The position numbers were made by a program, and so were the translations under genes. From positions 1,620,001 through 1,652,000 of the forward strand of contig NC_014033.1 of assembly GCF_000025925.1 (NCBI RefSeq): 32,000 nt of DNA, written 5' to 3'. Below are positions 7,428-16,752 of the stretch, in pieces. The stretch is from Xylanibacter ruminicola 23 (GTDB lineage: Bacteria; Bacteroidota; Bacteroidia; Bacteroidales; Bacteroidaceae). The stretch's first letter is position 1. Each line of letters begins with the position of its first letter. The notes beneath the pieces were generated by a model. That model saw nothing but the letters and a program-made list of their open reading frames with translations, searched no databases and was not told where the DNA came from.

Positions 7428-9182
7428 ATGGAAGAGATTATTAAGAACGAAAGCGAGGAGAAGAAGTCTGTCAGCTTCATTGAACAGAAAGTTATCAATG
7501 ACCTGGCAGAGGGTAAGAACGGTGGCAGAATGCAGACCCGTTTTCCACCAGAGCCAAACGGCTACCTGCATATCGGACACGCCAAAGCCATTGCCATCGA
7601 CTTCGGACTGGCCAAGAAATACGGTGGTCAGTGCAACCTGCGCTTCGACGACACCAACCCCATTAAAGAAGATACTGAATACATCGAGAGCATCGAGAAC
7701 GATATTAAGTGGCTCGGTTTCAAGTGGGCTAACGTTTACTATGCCAGCGACTACTTCCAGGAGCTCTGGGACTTTGCTGTATGGCTCATCCAGCAGGGAC
7801 GCGCATACGTTGATGAGCAGAGTGCCGAGGTGATTGCCCAGCAGAAGGGTACCACCACAAGCCCAGGTACAAACAGTCCCTATCGCGACCGCCCCATTGA
7901 GGAGAACCTGAAGTTGTTCGAGTTCATGAACAGCGGCAAGTGCGAGCCAGGCACACTGGTTCTGCGCGCCAAGATCGACATGGCTCATCCCAACATGTTG
8001 TTCCGCGATCCCCTTATCTATCGTGTACTCAATATTCCTCATATCCGTACAGGCAATAAGTGGAATGCATACCCTATGTACGATTTCACTCACGGCCAGA
8101 GCGACTACCTCGAGGGTGTAACCCACTCTTGGTGTACACTCGAGTTTGTAGAACATCGACCCCTTTACGATCTGTTCGTTACATGGATGAAGGAGTGGAA
8201 GGGCGAGACCGACAACATCGAGGACAACCGTCCACGTCAGACCGAGTTCAATAAGCTGAACCTCAACTACACACTGATGTCAAAGCGTAATCTGCTGGCA
8301 TTGGTACAGAATAACATGGTAAGCGGTTGGGACGACCCCCGTATGCCAACTATCTGCGGATTCCGTCGCCGTGGTTACAGCCCAGAGAGTATCATCAAGT
8401 TCATCGATAAGATTGGCTACACCAAGATTGATGCCCTTAACGACATGGCCCTCTTGGAGAGTGCAGTTCGCGACGATTTGAACAGCCGTGCTATCCGTGT
8501 CAGCGCTGTTCTTGATCCTGTTAAGGTGGTTATCACCAACTACCCAGAGGACCAGATTGAACAGCTCACCGCTATCAACAACCCAGAGAACGAAGCCGAT
8601 GGCACTCACACTGTTGAGTTTACCCGCGAACTTTGGATTGAGCGTGACGACTTTATGAAGGAAGCCGAGAAGAAGTTTATGCGATTGGCCCCTGGTAAGG
8701 AGGTTCGTCTGAAGAACGCCTACATTATTAAATGTAACGAGGATCACCCCTGCGATGAGGACGAGAATGGAAACGTAACTACTATTTACTGTACCTACGA
8801 TCCAGATTCACGCAGCGGTATGCCTGGTTCTAACCGCAAGATTAAGGGCAAGACCCTCCACTGGGTAAGTTGCAAGCACGCTGTCGAGGCCGAGGTTCGT
8901 CTTTACGACCGTCTGTGGAAGGTTGAGAATCCTCGTGATGACATGGCTGCCATCCGTGAAGCCAAGAACTGCGATGCTGTTACAGCGATGAAGGAGATTA
9001 TCAACCCCGACTCACTGCACATCATCAAGAAGTGCTATATCGAGCCATACGCTGCCGATATGAAGCCACTCACTTATCTGCAGTTCCAGCGTATTGGTTA
9101 CTTCACACCTGATACAGATTCAACAGCCGAGAAGCCAATCTTCAACAAGACTGTTGGACTCAAAGACACTTGGAAAAAGTAA
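7428..9182 (+). CDS. glnS: Glutamine--tRNA ligase
   Basis: 584 aa. It has class I aaRS motifs: RFPPEPNGYLHIGHAKA (HIGH) and LMSKR (KMSKS-type). The overall GlnRS layout includes a C-terminal anticodon-binding barrel. Confidence 0.97.
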   Translation: MEEIIKNESEEKKSVSFIEQKVINDLAEGKNGGRMQTRFPPEPNGYLHIGHAKAIAIDFGLAKKYGGQCNLRFDDTNPIKEDTEYIESIENDIKWLGFKWANVYYASDYFQELWDFAVWLIQQGRAYVDEQSAEVIAQQKGTTTSPGTNSPYRDRPIEENLKLFEFMNSGKCEPGTLVLRAKIDMAHPNMLFRDPLIYRVLNIPHIRTGNKWNAYPMYDFTHGQSDYLEGVTHSWCTLEFVEHRPLYDLFVTWMKEWKGETDNIEDNRPRQTEFNKLNLNYTLMSKRNLLALVQNNMVSGWDDPRMPTICGFRRRGYSPESIIKFIDKIGYTKIDALNDMALLESAVRDDLNSRAIRVSAVLDPVKVVITNYPEDQIEQLTAINNPENEADGTHTVEFTRELWIERDDFMKEAEKKFMRLAPGKEVRLKNAYIIKCNEDHPCDEDENGNVTTIYCTYDPDSRSGMPGSNRKIKGKTLHWVSCKHAVEAEVRLYDRLWKVENPRDDMAAIREAKNCDAVTAMKEIINPDSLHIIKKCYIEPYAADMKPLTYLQFQRIGYFTPDTDSTAEKPIFNKTVGLKDTWKK

Positions 9183-10612
9183 TTTCAGAAGAAGTGCCAG
9201 AAGATTTAGATTATTTCGAAAGCGAGGATTTTAAGGAAATCCTACGGCAATACGAGGAGTCAGTCAAGTCGGGCGAACGCATCTATATGGATGCCGACGA
9301 CTTGACTGACATTGCCGATTATTACCACTACAACAACCGACTAGCCGAGGCCGAGGATGCCATTTCCTTAGCTATAGAATACAATCCTGAAGCCGTTGGT
9401 CCGATGCTATACAGAGCCCGCGAAGCTTTGGAGAAGAAGGACTTCAAGACAGCCGAGCAATATGCCGATAAAGTAGAACCTTTAGATAGTATTGAGGGTA
9501 TCTACCTACGTGCCGAGATACTTATCACGAAAGGAGAGTTGGACAGTGCCGACGAATTGCTGTCAGGATACATCAAAGACTTACCTGAGGATGAATATGC
9601 CGACTTTGTGAAAGGCGTTGTAGGTCTGTATCTTGATTACGACCAGTTTGCTAAGGCCTTCGAATGGATAGCCCGCACTACCAACAACGATTCGGTAGGA
9701 TTCAAGGAACTGATGGCTCGCACGCTGTTCGGATTGGGCAAATACAAAGACAGCGAGCGACTCTTCAACGAGTTACTCGACAAAGACCCCTACTCTGCCA
9801 ATTATTGGAATGCATTGGCAGGCGTACAGTATATGAAAGAAGACTATTCGGGCGCTCTTACCAGTAGCGAATATGCCATTGCCATCGATCCCAACGACGC
9901 CAACGGTCTGCTCTCGAAAGCCAATACCCTGTACGCAATGGGTAACCACGACGAAGCTCTCAAATTCTTCCAGAAATATTCCGAGAAGGTACCCGACGAT
10001 GAGTTCGGTTATTTGCATCAGGCCATTTGTCTGATCAACAAAGGCTTGTTTAAGGACGGACTTGAAAAGCTGAAAAAAGCAGTCAGCGTTTCCGCCATCG
10101 ACTCTATTCACCTACCAGAGATTTATCAGGAGATGGCCTTTACCTATAACACCTTAGGACAGATGGAAAAAGCCCTATGGTGCATAGACATGACCGAAAA
10201 ATTGGATTGCGACCATTTCCACATGGGTGTTATCAAGGGGCATATTCTCTTAGCCAACCAGAAAGAGACAGAGGCAGAAGCTGCATTCGCAAAGGTATTA
10301 CAAGATTCGGGTAACAATCCCAAAGTAAGACTCAGAATCATCATCTCTTATCACGACAACAAGTTTTTACATTTTGCCTACAATGCCTATTTGGATTTCT
10401 TCAAGACTGTTGGCGAGGACTATAAGGAAGGCTATGCCTATCTGGCCTTATGTTGCAACGAGCTGATGAAGAATGATGAATTCTTATACTACCTGAAGAA
10501 GGCCTGTGATTGCAATCCGGAGGAAGCCAGAGCCATTTTAGGCGAATTTTTTCCTGCTCATATGGATCCAAAAGATTATTACCAGTACGCATTAGAACAT
10601 ACAGACGATTAA
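9170..10612 (+). CDS. Tetratricopeptide-repeat (TPR) protein
   Basis: 480 aa with repeated about-34-aa A/Y/L-patterned helices, for example YWNALAGVQYMKEDYSGALTSSEYAIAIDPND. The ORF-track start is a TTG overlapping the glnS stop by 13 nt, so the exact start is uncertain. Confidence 0.85.
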   Translation: MEKVISEEVPEDLDYFESEDFKEILRQYEESVKSGERIYMDADDLTDIADYYHYNNRLAEAEDAISLAIEYNPEAVGPMLYRAREALEKKDFKTAEQYADKVEPLDSIEGIYLRAEILITKGELDSADELLSGYIKDLPEDEYADFVKGVVGLYLDYDQFAKAFEWIARTTNNDSVGFKELMARTLFGLGKYKDSERLFNELLDKDPYSANYWNALAGVQYMKEDYSGALTSSEYAIAIDPNDANGLLSKANTLYAMGNHDEALKFFQKYSEKVPDDEFGYLHQAICLINKGLFKDGLEKLKKAVSVSAIDSIHLPEIYQEMAFTYNTLGQMEKALWCIDMTEKLDCDHFHMGVIKGHILLANQKETEAEAAFAKVLQDSGNNPKVRLRIIISYHDNKFLHFAYNAYLDFFKTVGEDYKEGYAYLALCCNELMKNDEFLYYLKKACDCNPEEARAILGEFFPAHMDPKDYYQYALEHTDD

Positions 10613-10613
10613 T

Positions 10614-11252
10614 ATGAATTTTATTACAAACATTCTCAACACGCTCGGTTGGTATCCAACCATTTTCTTTCTGATGTTATTAGAAAGCACAGTAGTGCCG
10701 GTACCGTCAGAGTTTGTAGTAACGCCTGCGGCTTACCATGCAGCCAGCGGCTCATTAAATGTATTCTTAGTCATCCTATTTGCCACACTGGGTGCCGACA
10801 TAGGTGCCAGCATTAACTACTTTGTAGCCTTGTACGTTGGTCGTCCTGTCATCTACAAGTTTGCCAACAGCAAATGGGGTAAGATGTGCCTGCTTAACCA
10901 GGAGAAAGTTGAAAAAAGCGAGAAATACTTTGACGACCATGGCATTGCAGCGACACTTACCGGTCGTTTTGTTCCCGTCATCCGCCACCTGATTTCCATC
11001 CCTGCCGGCTTGGCACGTATGCATTACGGCAAATTCCTGCTGTTTACTACCATTGGTGCAGGAGGCTGGCATAGTGTACTGGCTCTTCTTGGCTGGTATC
11101 TGCATGCCATTGTACCCGAGGATCAGTTGAACGACAAAATTAGCGAATACGCCGAATATATCAAGTTCGCCATTCTGGGTCTGATTGTAGTAGCTGTCGT
11201 TTATTTCGTCATCAAACGAAAACTTAATCATAAACAAGAAAAGTCAGCGTAA
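10614..11252 (+). CDS. DedA / SNARE-associated family inner-membrane protein
   Basis: 212 aa, multi-TM, with LESTVVPVPSE and GRFVPVIRHLISIPAG signature blocks. Confidence 0.88.
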   Translation: MNFITNILNTLGWYPTIFFLMLLESTVVPVPSEFVVTPAAYHAASGSLNVFLVILFATLGADIGASINYFVALYVGRPVIYKFANSKWGKMCLLNQEKVEKSEKYFDDHGIAATLTGRFVPVIRHLISIPAGLARMHYGKFLLFTTIGAGGWHSVLALLGWYLHAIVPEDQLNDKISEYAEYIKFAILGLIVVAVVYFVIKRKLNHKQEKSA

Positions 11253-11298
11253 TAAGCATTTTTTTGCTTTTTTATGCTTTCTTTTCTATTATTTTTCG

Positions 11299-11306
11299 TA
11301 TTTTTG
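11299..11306 (+). promoter_or_regulatory. -7 promoter box TATTTTTG for manC-gmd-fcl
   Basis: Matches TAnnTTTG, 27 nt upstream of the ATG at 11333. Confidence 0.45.
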
Positions 11307-11332
11307 CGCAATATTATCAGCAAACAACGATT

Positions 11333-12400
11333 ATGGCAAGAACAAACAACCATTTGGTCATCATGGCAGGCGGCGTTGGTAGCCGTTTTTGGCCCATGAG
11401 TACTACCGAGAACCCTAAGCAGTTCATCGACGTTCTCGGCGTTGGCAAAACATTACTACAGTTAACGGTAGAAAGATTCGGCAATCTGGTTAAGCCCGAG
11501 AACATCTGGGTAGTAACCAACCAGAGTTATCAGGAAATTGTAAAGAAACAGTTGCCTGATATGCCAGCAGGAAACATTCTATGCGAACCTTGTCGCAGAA
11601 ACACAGCACCATGTATTGCTTACGTTAGTTGGCGCATCAAGTCGAAAGACCCAAAGGCTAACATCATTGTAACACCAAGCGATCACATTGTGACAGATAA
11701 GGCTGAATTTCAGCGTGTCATCAAGGAGTGCATGCAGTTTACCAGCGAGACCGACGCTATCGTTACCCTAGGCATGAAGCCCAACCGCCCAGAAACAGGC
11801 TATGGCTACATCCAGGCCGACCTGAGTACCAGCTCGCTCCGAAACAAAGAGATTTTCAGAGTCGACTCTTTCCGCGAGAAGCCCAATCTCGAAACGGCTC
11901 AGGAATATATCAAGAAGAACTATTATTTCTGGAATGCAGGTATCTTCATCTGGAATGTAAATACCATTGTAAATGCTTTCCGCATCTACCAGCCCTCAAT
12001 GGCCAAGATATTCGAGTCGCTGTTACCTATTTATGGTACCGACAAGGAACAGGAAGAAATCAACCGTCTGTTCCCCGAATGCGAGAATATTTCTGTCGAC
12101 TACGCCATCATGGAAAAGGCCGAAGAGATTTTCGTTTGCCCATCCGACTTCGGTTGGAGCGATCTGGGCACCTGGGGCTCACTCCATGAGCAAAGCAAGA
12201 AAGACCTCTATGGCAATGTCAGCATCGGTCCCGATGTAAACCTGATAGAGAGTCACAACTGCATTGTTCACACCATGCAAGAAAAGAAAGTAGTTATTCA
12301 GGGCCTCGATGGTTATATCGTAGCCGAAAACAACGACACACTGCTCATCTGCAAACTGTCGGAGGAACAGCGTATCAAACAATTCTCAGGAAATAATTAA
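11333..12400 (+). CDS. manC: Mannose-1-phosphate guanylyltransferase (nucleotidyltransferase domain only)
   Basis: It has the LVIMAGGVGSRFWPMS nucleotidyl-transferase P-loop and GYGYI, WNAGIF and WSDLGTW blocks. The start is set at the ATG giving MARTNNH, because the upstream extension is hydrophobic junk that overlaps the promoter. Confidence 0.88.
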   Translation: MARTNNHLVIMAGGVGSRFWPMSTTENPKQFIDVLGVGKTLLQLTVERFGNLVKPENIWVVTNQSYQEIVKKQLPDMPAGNILCEPCRRNTAPCIAYVSWRIKSKDPKANIIVTPSDHIVTDKAEFQRVIKECMQFTSETDAIVTLGMKPNRPETGYGYIQADLSTSSLRNKEIFRVDSFREKPNLETAQEYIKKNYYFWNAGIFIWNVNTIVNAFRIYQPSMAKIFESLLPIYGTDKEQEEINRLFPECENISVDYAIMEKAEEIFVCPSDFGWSDLGTWGSLHEQSKKDLYGNVSIGPDVNLIESHNCIVHTMQEKKVVIQGLDGYIVAENNDTLLICKLSEEQRIKQFSGNN

Positions 12401-12411
12401 CATAAACTATA

Positions 12412-13503
12412 ATGGAAAAAAAAGTTGCTCTAATCACCGGTATTACCGGTCAGGACGGCTCATATCTGGCCGAGTTCCTTATTGAAAAAGGTTATGAGGT
12501 TCACGGTCTCATGCGTCGTTCATCTTCATTCAACACCGCCCGTATCGAACATCTTTATCTCGACGAGTGGGTTCGTGATATGAAAAAGGCCCGCCTTGTT
12601 AATCTCCACTGGGCAGATATGACCGATTCATCATCTCTGATCCGTGTCATCTCAAAGATTCGCCCAACCGAGATCTATAACCTCGCAGCCCAGAGTCATG
12701 TGAAGGTATCTTTTGACGTTCCCGAATACACAGCCGATACCGATGCTAACGGTGTGCTCCGCTTGCTGGAAGCCGTACGCATTGCAGGTTTGGCTGATAC
12801 CTGCCGCATTTACCAAGCCTCTACATCAGAGCTCTACGGTAAGGTACAGGAAGTTCCACAGAGCGAGACTACCCCATTCTATCCCCGCTCTCCATATGCC
12901 GTAGCTAAGCTATATGGTTTCTGGATTATGAAGAACTATCGCGAATCATATAATATGTTCTGCTGCAATGGTATCCTCTTTAACCATGAGAGTGAGCGCC
13001 GTGGTGAGACTTTCGTTACCCGTAAGATCACATTGGCAGCCGCTCGTATCGCTCAGGGTTATCAGGACAAGCTTTATCTGGGTAACCTTAACTCACTGCG
13101 CGACTGGGGATATGCCAAGGATTACATCGAGTGCATGTGGCTCATCCTGCAGCAACCCGAGCCAGACGATTTCGTAATTGCCACTGGCGAATATCATACC
13201 GTTCGTGAGTTTGCTACCCTCGCCTTCAAGGAGGTTGGCATCGAGCTCGAATGGCGTGGCGACGGTGTCGATGAGAAGGGTTACGACAAGGCAACTGGCA
13301 AAGCACTGGTTGAGGTCGATCCTAAGTACTTCCGTCCTGCCGAGGTTGATCAGTTGTTAGGTAATCCTGCCAAGGCTAAGGCCAAGTTAGGCTGGAACCC
13401 ACAGAAGACCTCGTTCGAGGATCTGGTAAAGATTATGGTTCAGCACGATATGAAGTTCGTTAAGAAACTCTTCTTAAAAGCTCACATGGACGATGCTCAG
13501 TAA
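12412..13503 (+). CDS. gmd: GDP-mannose 4,6-dehydratase
   Basis: 363 aa with [42 protein letters not shown] and NHESERRG blocks. Confidence 0.97.
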   Translation: MEKKVALITGITGQDGSYLAEFLIEKGYEVHGLMRRSSSFNTARIEHLYLDEWVRDMKKARLVNLHWADMTDSSSLIRVISKIRPTEIYNLAAQSHVKVSFDVPEYTADTDANGVLRLLEAVRIAGLADTCRIYQASTSELYGKVQEVPQSETTPFYPRSPYAVAKLYGFWIMKNYRESYNMFCCNGILFNHESERRGETFVTRKITLAAARIAQGYQDKLYLGNLNSLRDWGYAKDYIECMWLILQQPEPDDFVIATGEYHTVREFATLAFKEVGIELEWRGDGVDEKGYDKATGKALVEVDPKYFRPAEVDQLLGNPAKAKAKLGWNPQKTSFEDLVKIMVQHDMKFVKKLFLKAHMDDAQ

Positions 13504-14662
13504 AGAAAGTAAAATATATGTAGCGGGACACCACGGACTTGTGGGTTCCGCTATTTGGAATAATCTGCTTCAACGAGGCTATACCAATCTGGTAGGCCGC
13601 ACTCACAAAGAGCTCGACCTTACCGACCAGGTAGCCGTTAAGCAGTTCTTTGATGAGGAACGCCCTGACGCCGTTGTGCTGGCAGCAGCCTTTGTAGGTG
13701 GCATCATGGCCAACTCACTGTATCGCGCCGACTTCATCATGATGAACATGAAGATTCAGTGCAATGTCATTAGCGAAGCCTATGCTCACGGTGTCAAAAA
13801 ACTACTCTTCTTAGGTTCAACTTGCATTTATCCTAAAAATGCGCCACAGCCTATGAAGGAGGATTGCCTGCTCACATCGCCATTGGAATATACCAACGAA
13901 GAGTATGCTATCGCCAAGATTGCAGGTCTGAAGATGTGCGAATCCTACAATCTGCAGTATGGCACCAACTATATCGCCGTAATGCCTACCAACCTCTATG
14001 GCCCTAACGACAACTTCCATCTGGAAAACAGTCATGTGATGCCAGCCATGATGCGTAAGGTTTACCTGGCCAAACTCATCCACGATAATGCATGGGATAA
14101 GATTGCCATCGACCTGAACAAGCGTCCAGTTGAAGGTGTCAACGGCGATGCTTCTCAGCAGGAAATCTTGACAGTCCTGGCCAAGTATGGTATTGAGAAC
14201 AACAAGGTTACACTCTGGGGTACAGGCACACCACTTCGCGAGTTCCTTTGGAGTGAGGATATGGCCGATGCATCAGTTCACGTACTGCTGAATGTGAACT
14301 TCAGTGACATCATCGGCATCGAGAAGTATTCTTCTGTACACTACGGCGCTTCTACCGATGGTGCTGTCGATCGCAACCATTCTGCCGGTCGCGGTGGAGC
14401 TATCCCCAAGTTAGGCGAAATCCGCAATTGCCATATCAATGTGGGTACAGGTAAGGAACTCACAATACGCGAGCTTTCCGAATTGGTTGTAAAAGCTGTT
14501 GGTTTCGAAGGAACTGTCGAGTTCGACACAACCAAGCCCGATGGCACTATGCGTAAATTGATTGACGTTTCAAAACTTCATTCTCTCGGTTGGACACACA
14601 AGGTAGAGATTGAAGATGGTGTAAAGAAACTTTTCGAATGGTATCGTTCAAGTTTAGATTAA
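13493..14662 (+). CDS. fcl: GDP-L-fucose synthase (GDP-4-keto-6-deoxymannose 3,5-epimerase/4-reductase), long form
   Basis: 389 aa with [41 protein letters not shown] and KPDGTMRKL blocks. It overlaps gmd by 11 nt. Confidence 0.93.
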   Translation: MLSKESKIYVAGHHGLVGSAIWNNLLQRGYTNLVGRTHKELDLTDQVAVKQFFDEERPDAVVLAAAFVGGIMANSLYRADFIMMNMKIQCNVISEAYAHGVKKLLFLGSTCIYPKNAPQPMKEDCLLTSPLEYTNEEYAIAKIAGLKMCESYNLQYGTNYIAVMPTNLYGPNDNFHLENSHVMPAMMRKVYLAKLIHDNAWDKIAIDLNKRPVEGVNGDASQQEILTVLAKYGIENNKVTLWGTGTPLREFLWSEDMADASVHVLLNVNFSDIIGIEKYSSVHYGASTDGAVDRNHSAGRGGAIPKLGEIRNCHINVGTGKELTIRELSELVVKAVGFEGTVEFDTTKPDGTMRKLIDVSKLHSLGWTHKVEIEDGVKKLFEWYRSSLD

Positions 14663-14668
14663 AATAAT

Positions 14669-14694
14669 TAACCCTCGCCAATCGGCGAGGGTTA
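14669..14694. terminator. Bidirectional intrinsic terminator hairpin between fcl and xylB
   Basis: TAACCCTCGCC-AATC-GGCGAGGGTTA forms a perfect 11-bp stem, flanked by A/T-rich runs on both sides. Confidence 0.75.
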
Positions 14695-14701
14695 TTATTT
14701 A

Positions 14702-16192
14702 TTACATATTCTTTTTCAAGGTTTCTTTCCAAGCCTCATAGGCAGCACGGTAAGCAGCGCGGTTCTGAGCATCTGGCTCAATCACCTCCAACTTATCCAG
14801 CGAAGCAAAAGCCTCAGAAGCATTAGCATAGATGCCAGCACCTAAGCCAGCACCCTTGGCGGCACCTACCGAACCATCTGTATCATACAGTTCGATGGTT
14901 GCACCACTCACACCAGCCAATGTATTACGGAACAATGGACTCAAGAACATGTTAGCCTTACCAGCGTGAATCTTCTTAATATCCATACCCATCTGCTGCA
15001 TAATCTCCATACCATAGCAGAATGAGAATACGATACCCTCCTGAGCAGCACGAACCAAGTGAGCCTTGTTATGCTTATTAAAGTTCAAGCCATTGATAGA
15101 ACAACCAATCTCCTTGTTCTCCAATACGCGCTCAGCACCATTTCCGAATGGAATTACAGTCACGCCCTCACTACCAATGGGCACACTGGCAGCCAGATCG
15201 TTCATCTCGGCATAGCCAATCTCAGGCGTGATATTACGATGAGTCCAAGCATTCAAAATACCAGTACCATTAATACAAAGCAGCACTCCCAGACGAGTCT
15301 GGTCTGCTGTATGATTCACATGTGCAAAAGTATTTACACGGATCTGTGGATCGTAGTTCACATCACCAAGTACACCATAAACCACACCCGATGTACCTGC
15401 AGTTGCAGCAATCTCACCAGGATTCAGCACATTCAGCGAGAGCGCATTGTTTGGCTGGTCACCACCTCTATAGGTGATAGGAGTACCAGCTTTCAGGCCC
15501 ATCTCAGCAGCAGCTTCTGCACTTACTACGCTCTGCTCAGCAAAGGTTGGAACGATATCAGCAATCAGCGAATGATCGAATCCATAGTAATCCATCAAGA
15601 AGTCAGCCACCTGATTATTCTTGAAATCCCAGAACATACCCTCTGACAGACCGCTGACAGTGGTATTAGCAACACCACTCAGTCGCATAGCGATATAATC
15701 ACCAGGCAGCATTACCTTATATATTTTACTATAGAGTTCTGGTTCATTTTCTTTTACCCAAGCCAACTTGGCAGCGGTAAAGTTTCCTGGTGAATTCAAC
15801 AGATGACTCAAGCACTTGTCAGCACCGAGATCCTTGAAAGCCTTCTCGCCATAAGGTACAGCACGTGAGTCGCACCAAATAATAGCTGGACGCAATGCCT
15901 TCAGATCCTTATCTACACAAACCAAACCGTGCATCTGATACGAGATACCCACAGCCTTAATCTCCTCAGCTGTAGCACCACTCTCTTTCATAATCTTCTG
16001 CAGACTCAATTTGGCATTATCCCACCACATCTGTGGATCCTGCTCTGCCCATCCAGCCTTTACAGCCATAATAGGAGCCTCCTTTTCAGGATAAAAAGCT
16101 GTTGCCACACACTTGCCGCTATCGGCGTTAACCAACGATGCCTTCACTGATGAGCTACCGACATCAAAACCTAATAGATATCTATTTGCCAT
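14702..16192 (-). CDS. xylB: FGGY-family carbohydrate kinase, xylulokinase-like
   Basis: 496 aa with N-terminal LGFDVGSSSVKA, a central GISYQMHGLV block and C-terminal GGGA-type motifs (GSVGAAKGAGLGAG). Confidence 0.85.
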   Translation of the reverse strand: MANRYLLGFDVGSSSVKASLVNADSGKCVATAFYPEKEAPIMAVKAGWAEQDPQMWWDNAKLSLQKIMKESGATAEEIKAVGISYQMHGLVCVDKDLKALRPAIIWCDSRAVPYGEKAFKDLGADKCLSHLLNSPGNFTAAKLAWVKENEPELYSKIYKVMLPGDYIAMRLSGVANTTVSGLSEGMFWDFKNNQVADFLMDYYGFDHSLIADIVPTFAEQSVVSAEAAAEMGLKAGTPITYRGGDQPNNALSLNVLNPGEIAATAGTSGVVYGVLGDVNYDPQIRVNTFAHVNHTADQTRLGVLLCINGTGILNAWTHRNITPEIGYAEMNDLAASVPIGSEGVTVIPFGNGAERVLENKEIGCSINGLNFNKHNKAHLVRAAQEGIVFSFCYGMEIMQQMGMDIKKIHAGKANMFLSPLFRNTLAGVSGATIELYDTDGSVGAAKGAGLGAGIYANASEAFASLDKLEVIEPDAQNRAAYRAAYEAWKETLKKNM

Positions 16193-16301
16193 AACAATTT
16201 AATAATGAATCTTTATTTATAGTACGTTTCAAATGCAAATTTCCCTAAATAATTTAATAAAAACGACTTTTTTCCATAAAAAAATGATTTTTTTACGTAT
16301 T

Positions 16302-16335
16302 TTTGAGTTCAATTTAATTTTTTTGTTTACCTTTG
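16302..16335 (+). promoter_or_regulatory. Promoter of the EPS operon: -33 TTTG (16302-16305) and -7 TACCTTTG (16328-16335)
   Basis: Both elements are present at canonical spacing, 43 nt upstream of the receiver gene ATG. Confidence 0.55.
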
Positions 16336-16377
16336 CACATAGAATGATTAAAAATTGCGTATTAATATAATTCATAT

Positions 16378-16743
16378 ATGAAGAAGAAAATACTAATACT
16401 TGACGACAAAGAGACCATTGCAAAGGTTCTCTCTATTTATCTGATGAGCGACTACGATGTACAGTGGTTGCCCGATGGTTTGCAGGGTGTAAAGTGGCTG
16501 CAGGCAGGCAACACCCCCGACCTCATCATCTCAGATATTCGTATGCCAGGAATGCGTGGCGATGACTTTTTGGAGTGGATCAAGCAGAACGAACTGTTCA
16601 AGCAGATTCCTGTCATCATGCTTTCCAGCGAAGACTCCACCAGTGAGCGTATCCGCCTGCTGGAGATTGGTGCCGAGGACTATATCGTCAAGCCCTTCAA
16701 CCCCATGGAGTTAAAAATACGAGTAAAAAAGATTATTCCCTAA
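16378..16743 (+). CDS. Stand-alone response-regulator receiver (CheY-like, no output domain)
   Basis: 121 aa. All receiver signature residues are present: ILILDD, phospho-acceptor context LIISDIRMPG, IMLSS, and DYIVKPF. Confidence 0.92.
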   Translation: MKKKILILDDKETIAKVLSIYLMSDYDVQWLPDGLQGVKWLQAGNTPDLIISDIRMPGMRGDDFLEWIKQNELFKQIPVIMLSSEDSTSERIRLLEIGAEDYIVKPFNPMELKIRVKKIIP

Positions 16744-16752
16744 ATAAATAAT

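Noticed and set aside
7413-8156. 247-aa ORF antisense to glnS
   Set aside because: It lies entirely inside a very confidently identified gene on the other strand and has no motifs. This is the typical shadow ORF of a GC-richer coding region. The same reasoning applies to 6742-7335, 15059-15646, 3107-3571, 5012-5779, 8280-8747 and 10776-11237.
16193-16377. Invertible (phase-variable) promoter in front of the EPS operon, as in Bacteroides capsule loci
   Set aside because: Only short AT-rich direct repeats (AATTTAAT x3) are present. There are no flanking inverted repeats of useful length and no recombinase gene nearby.
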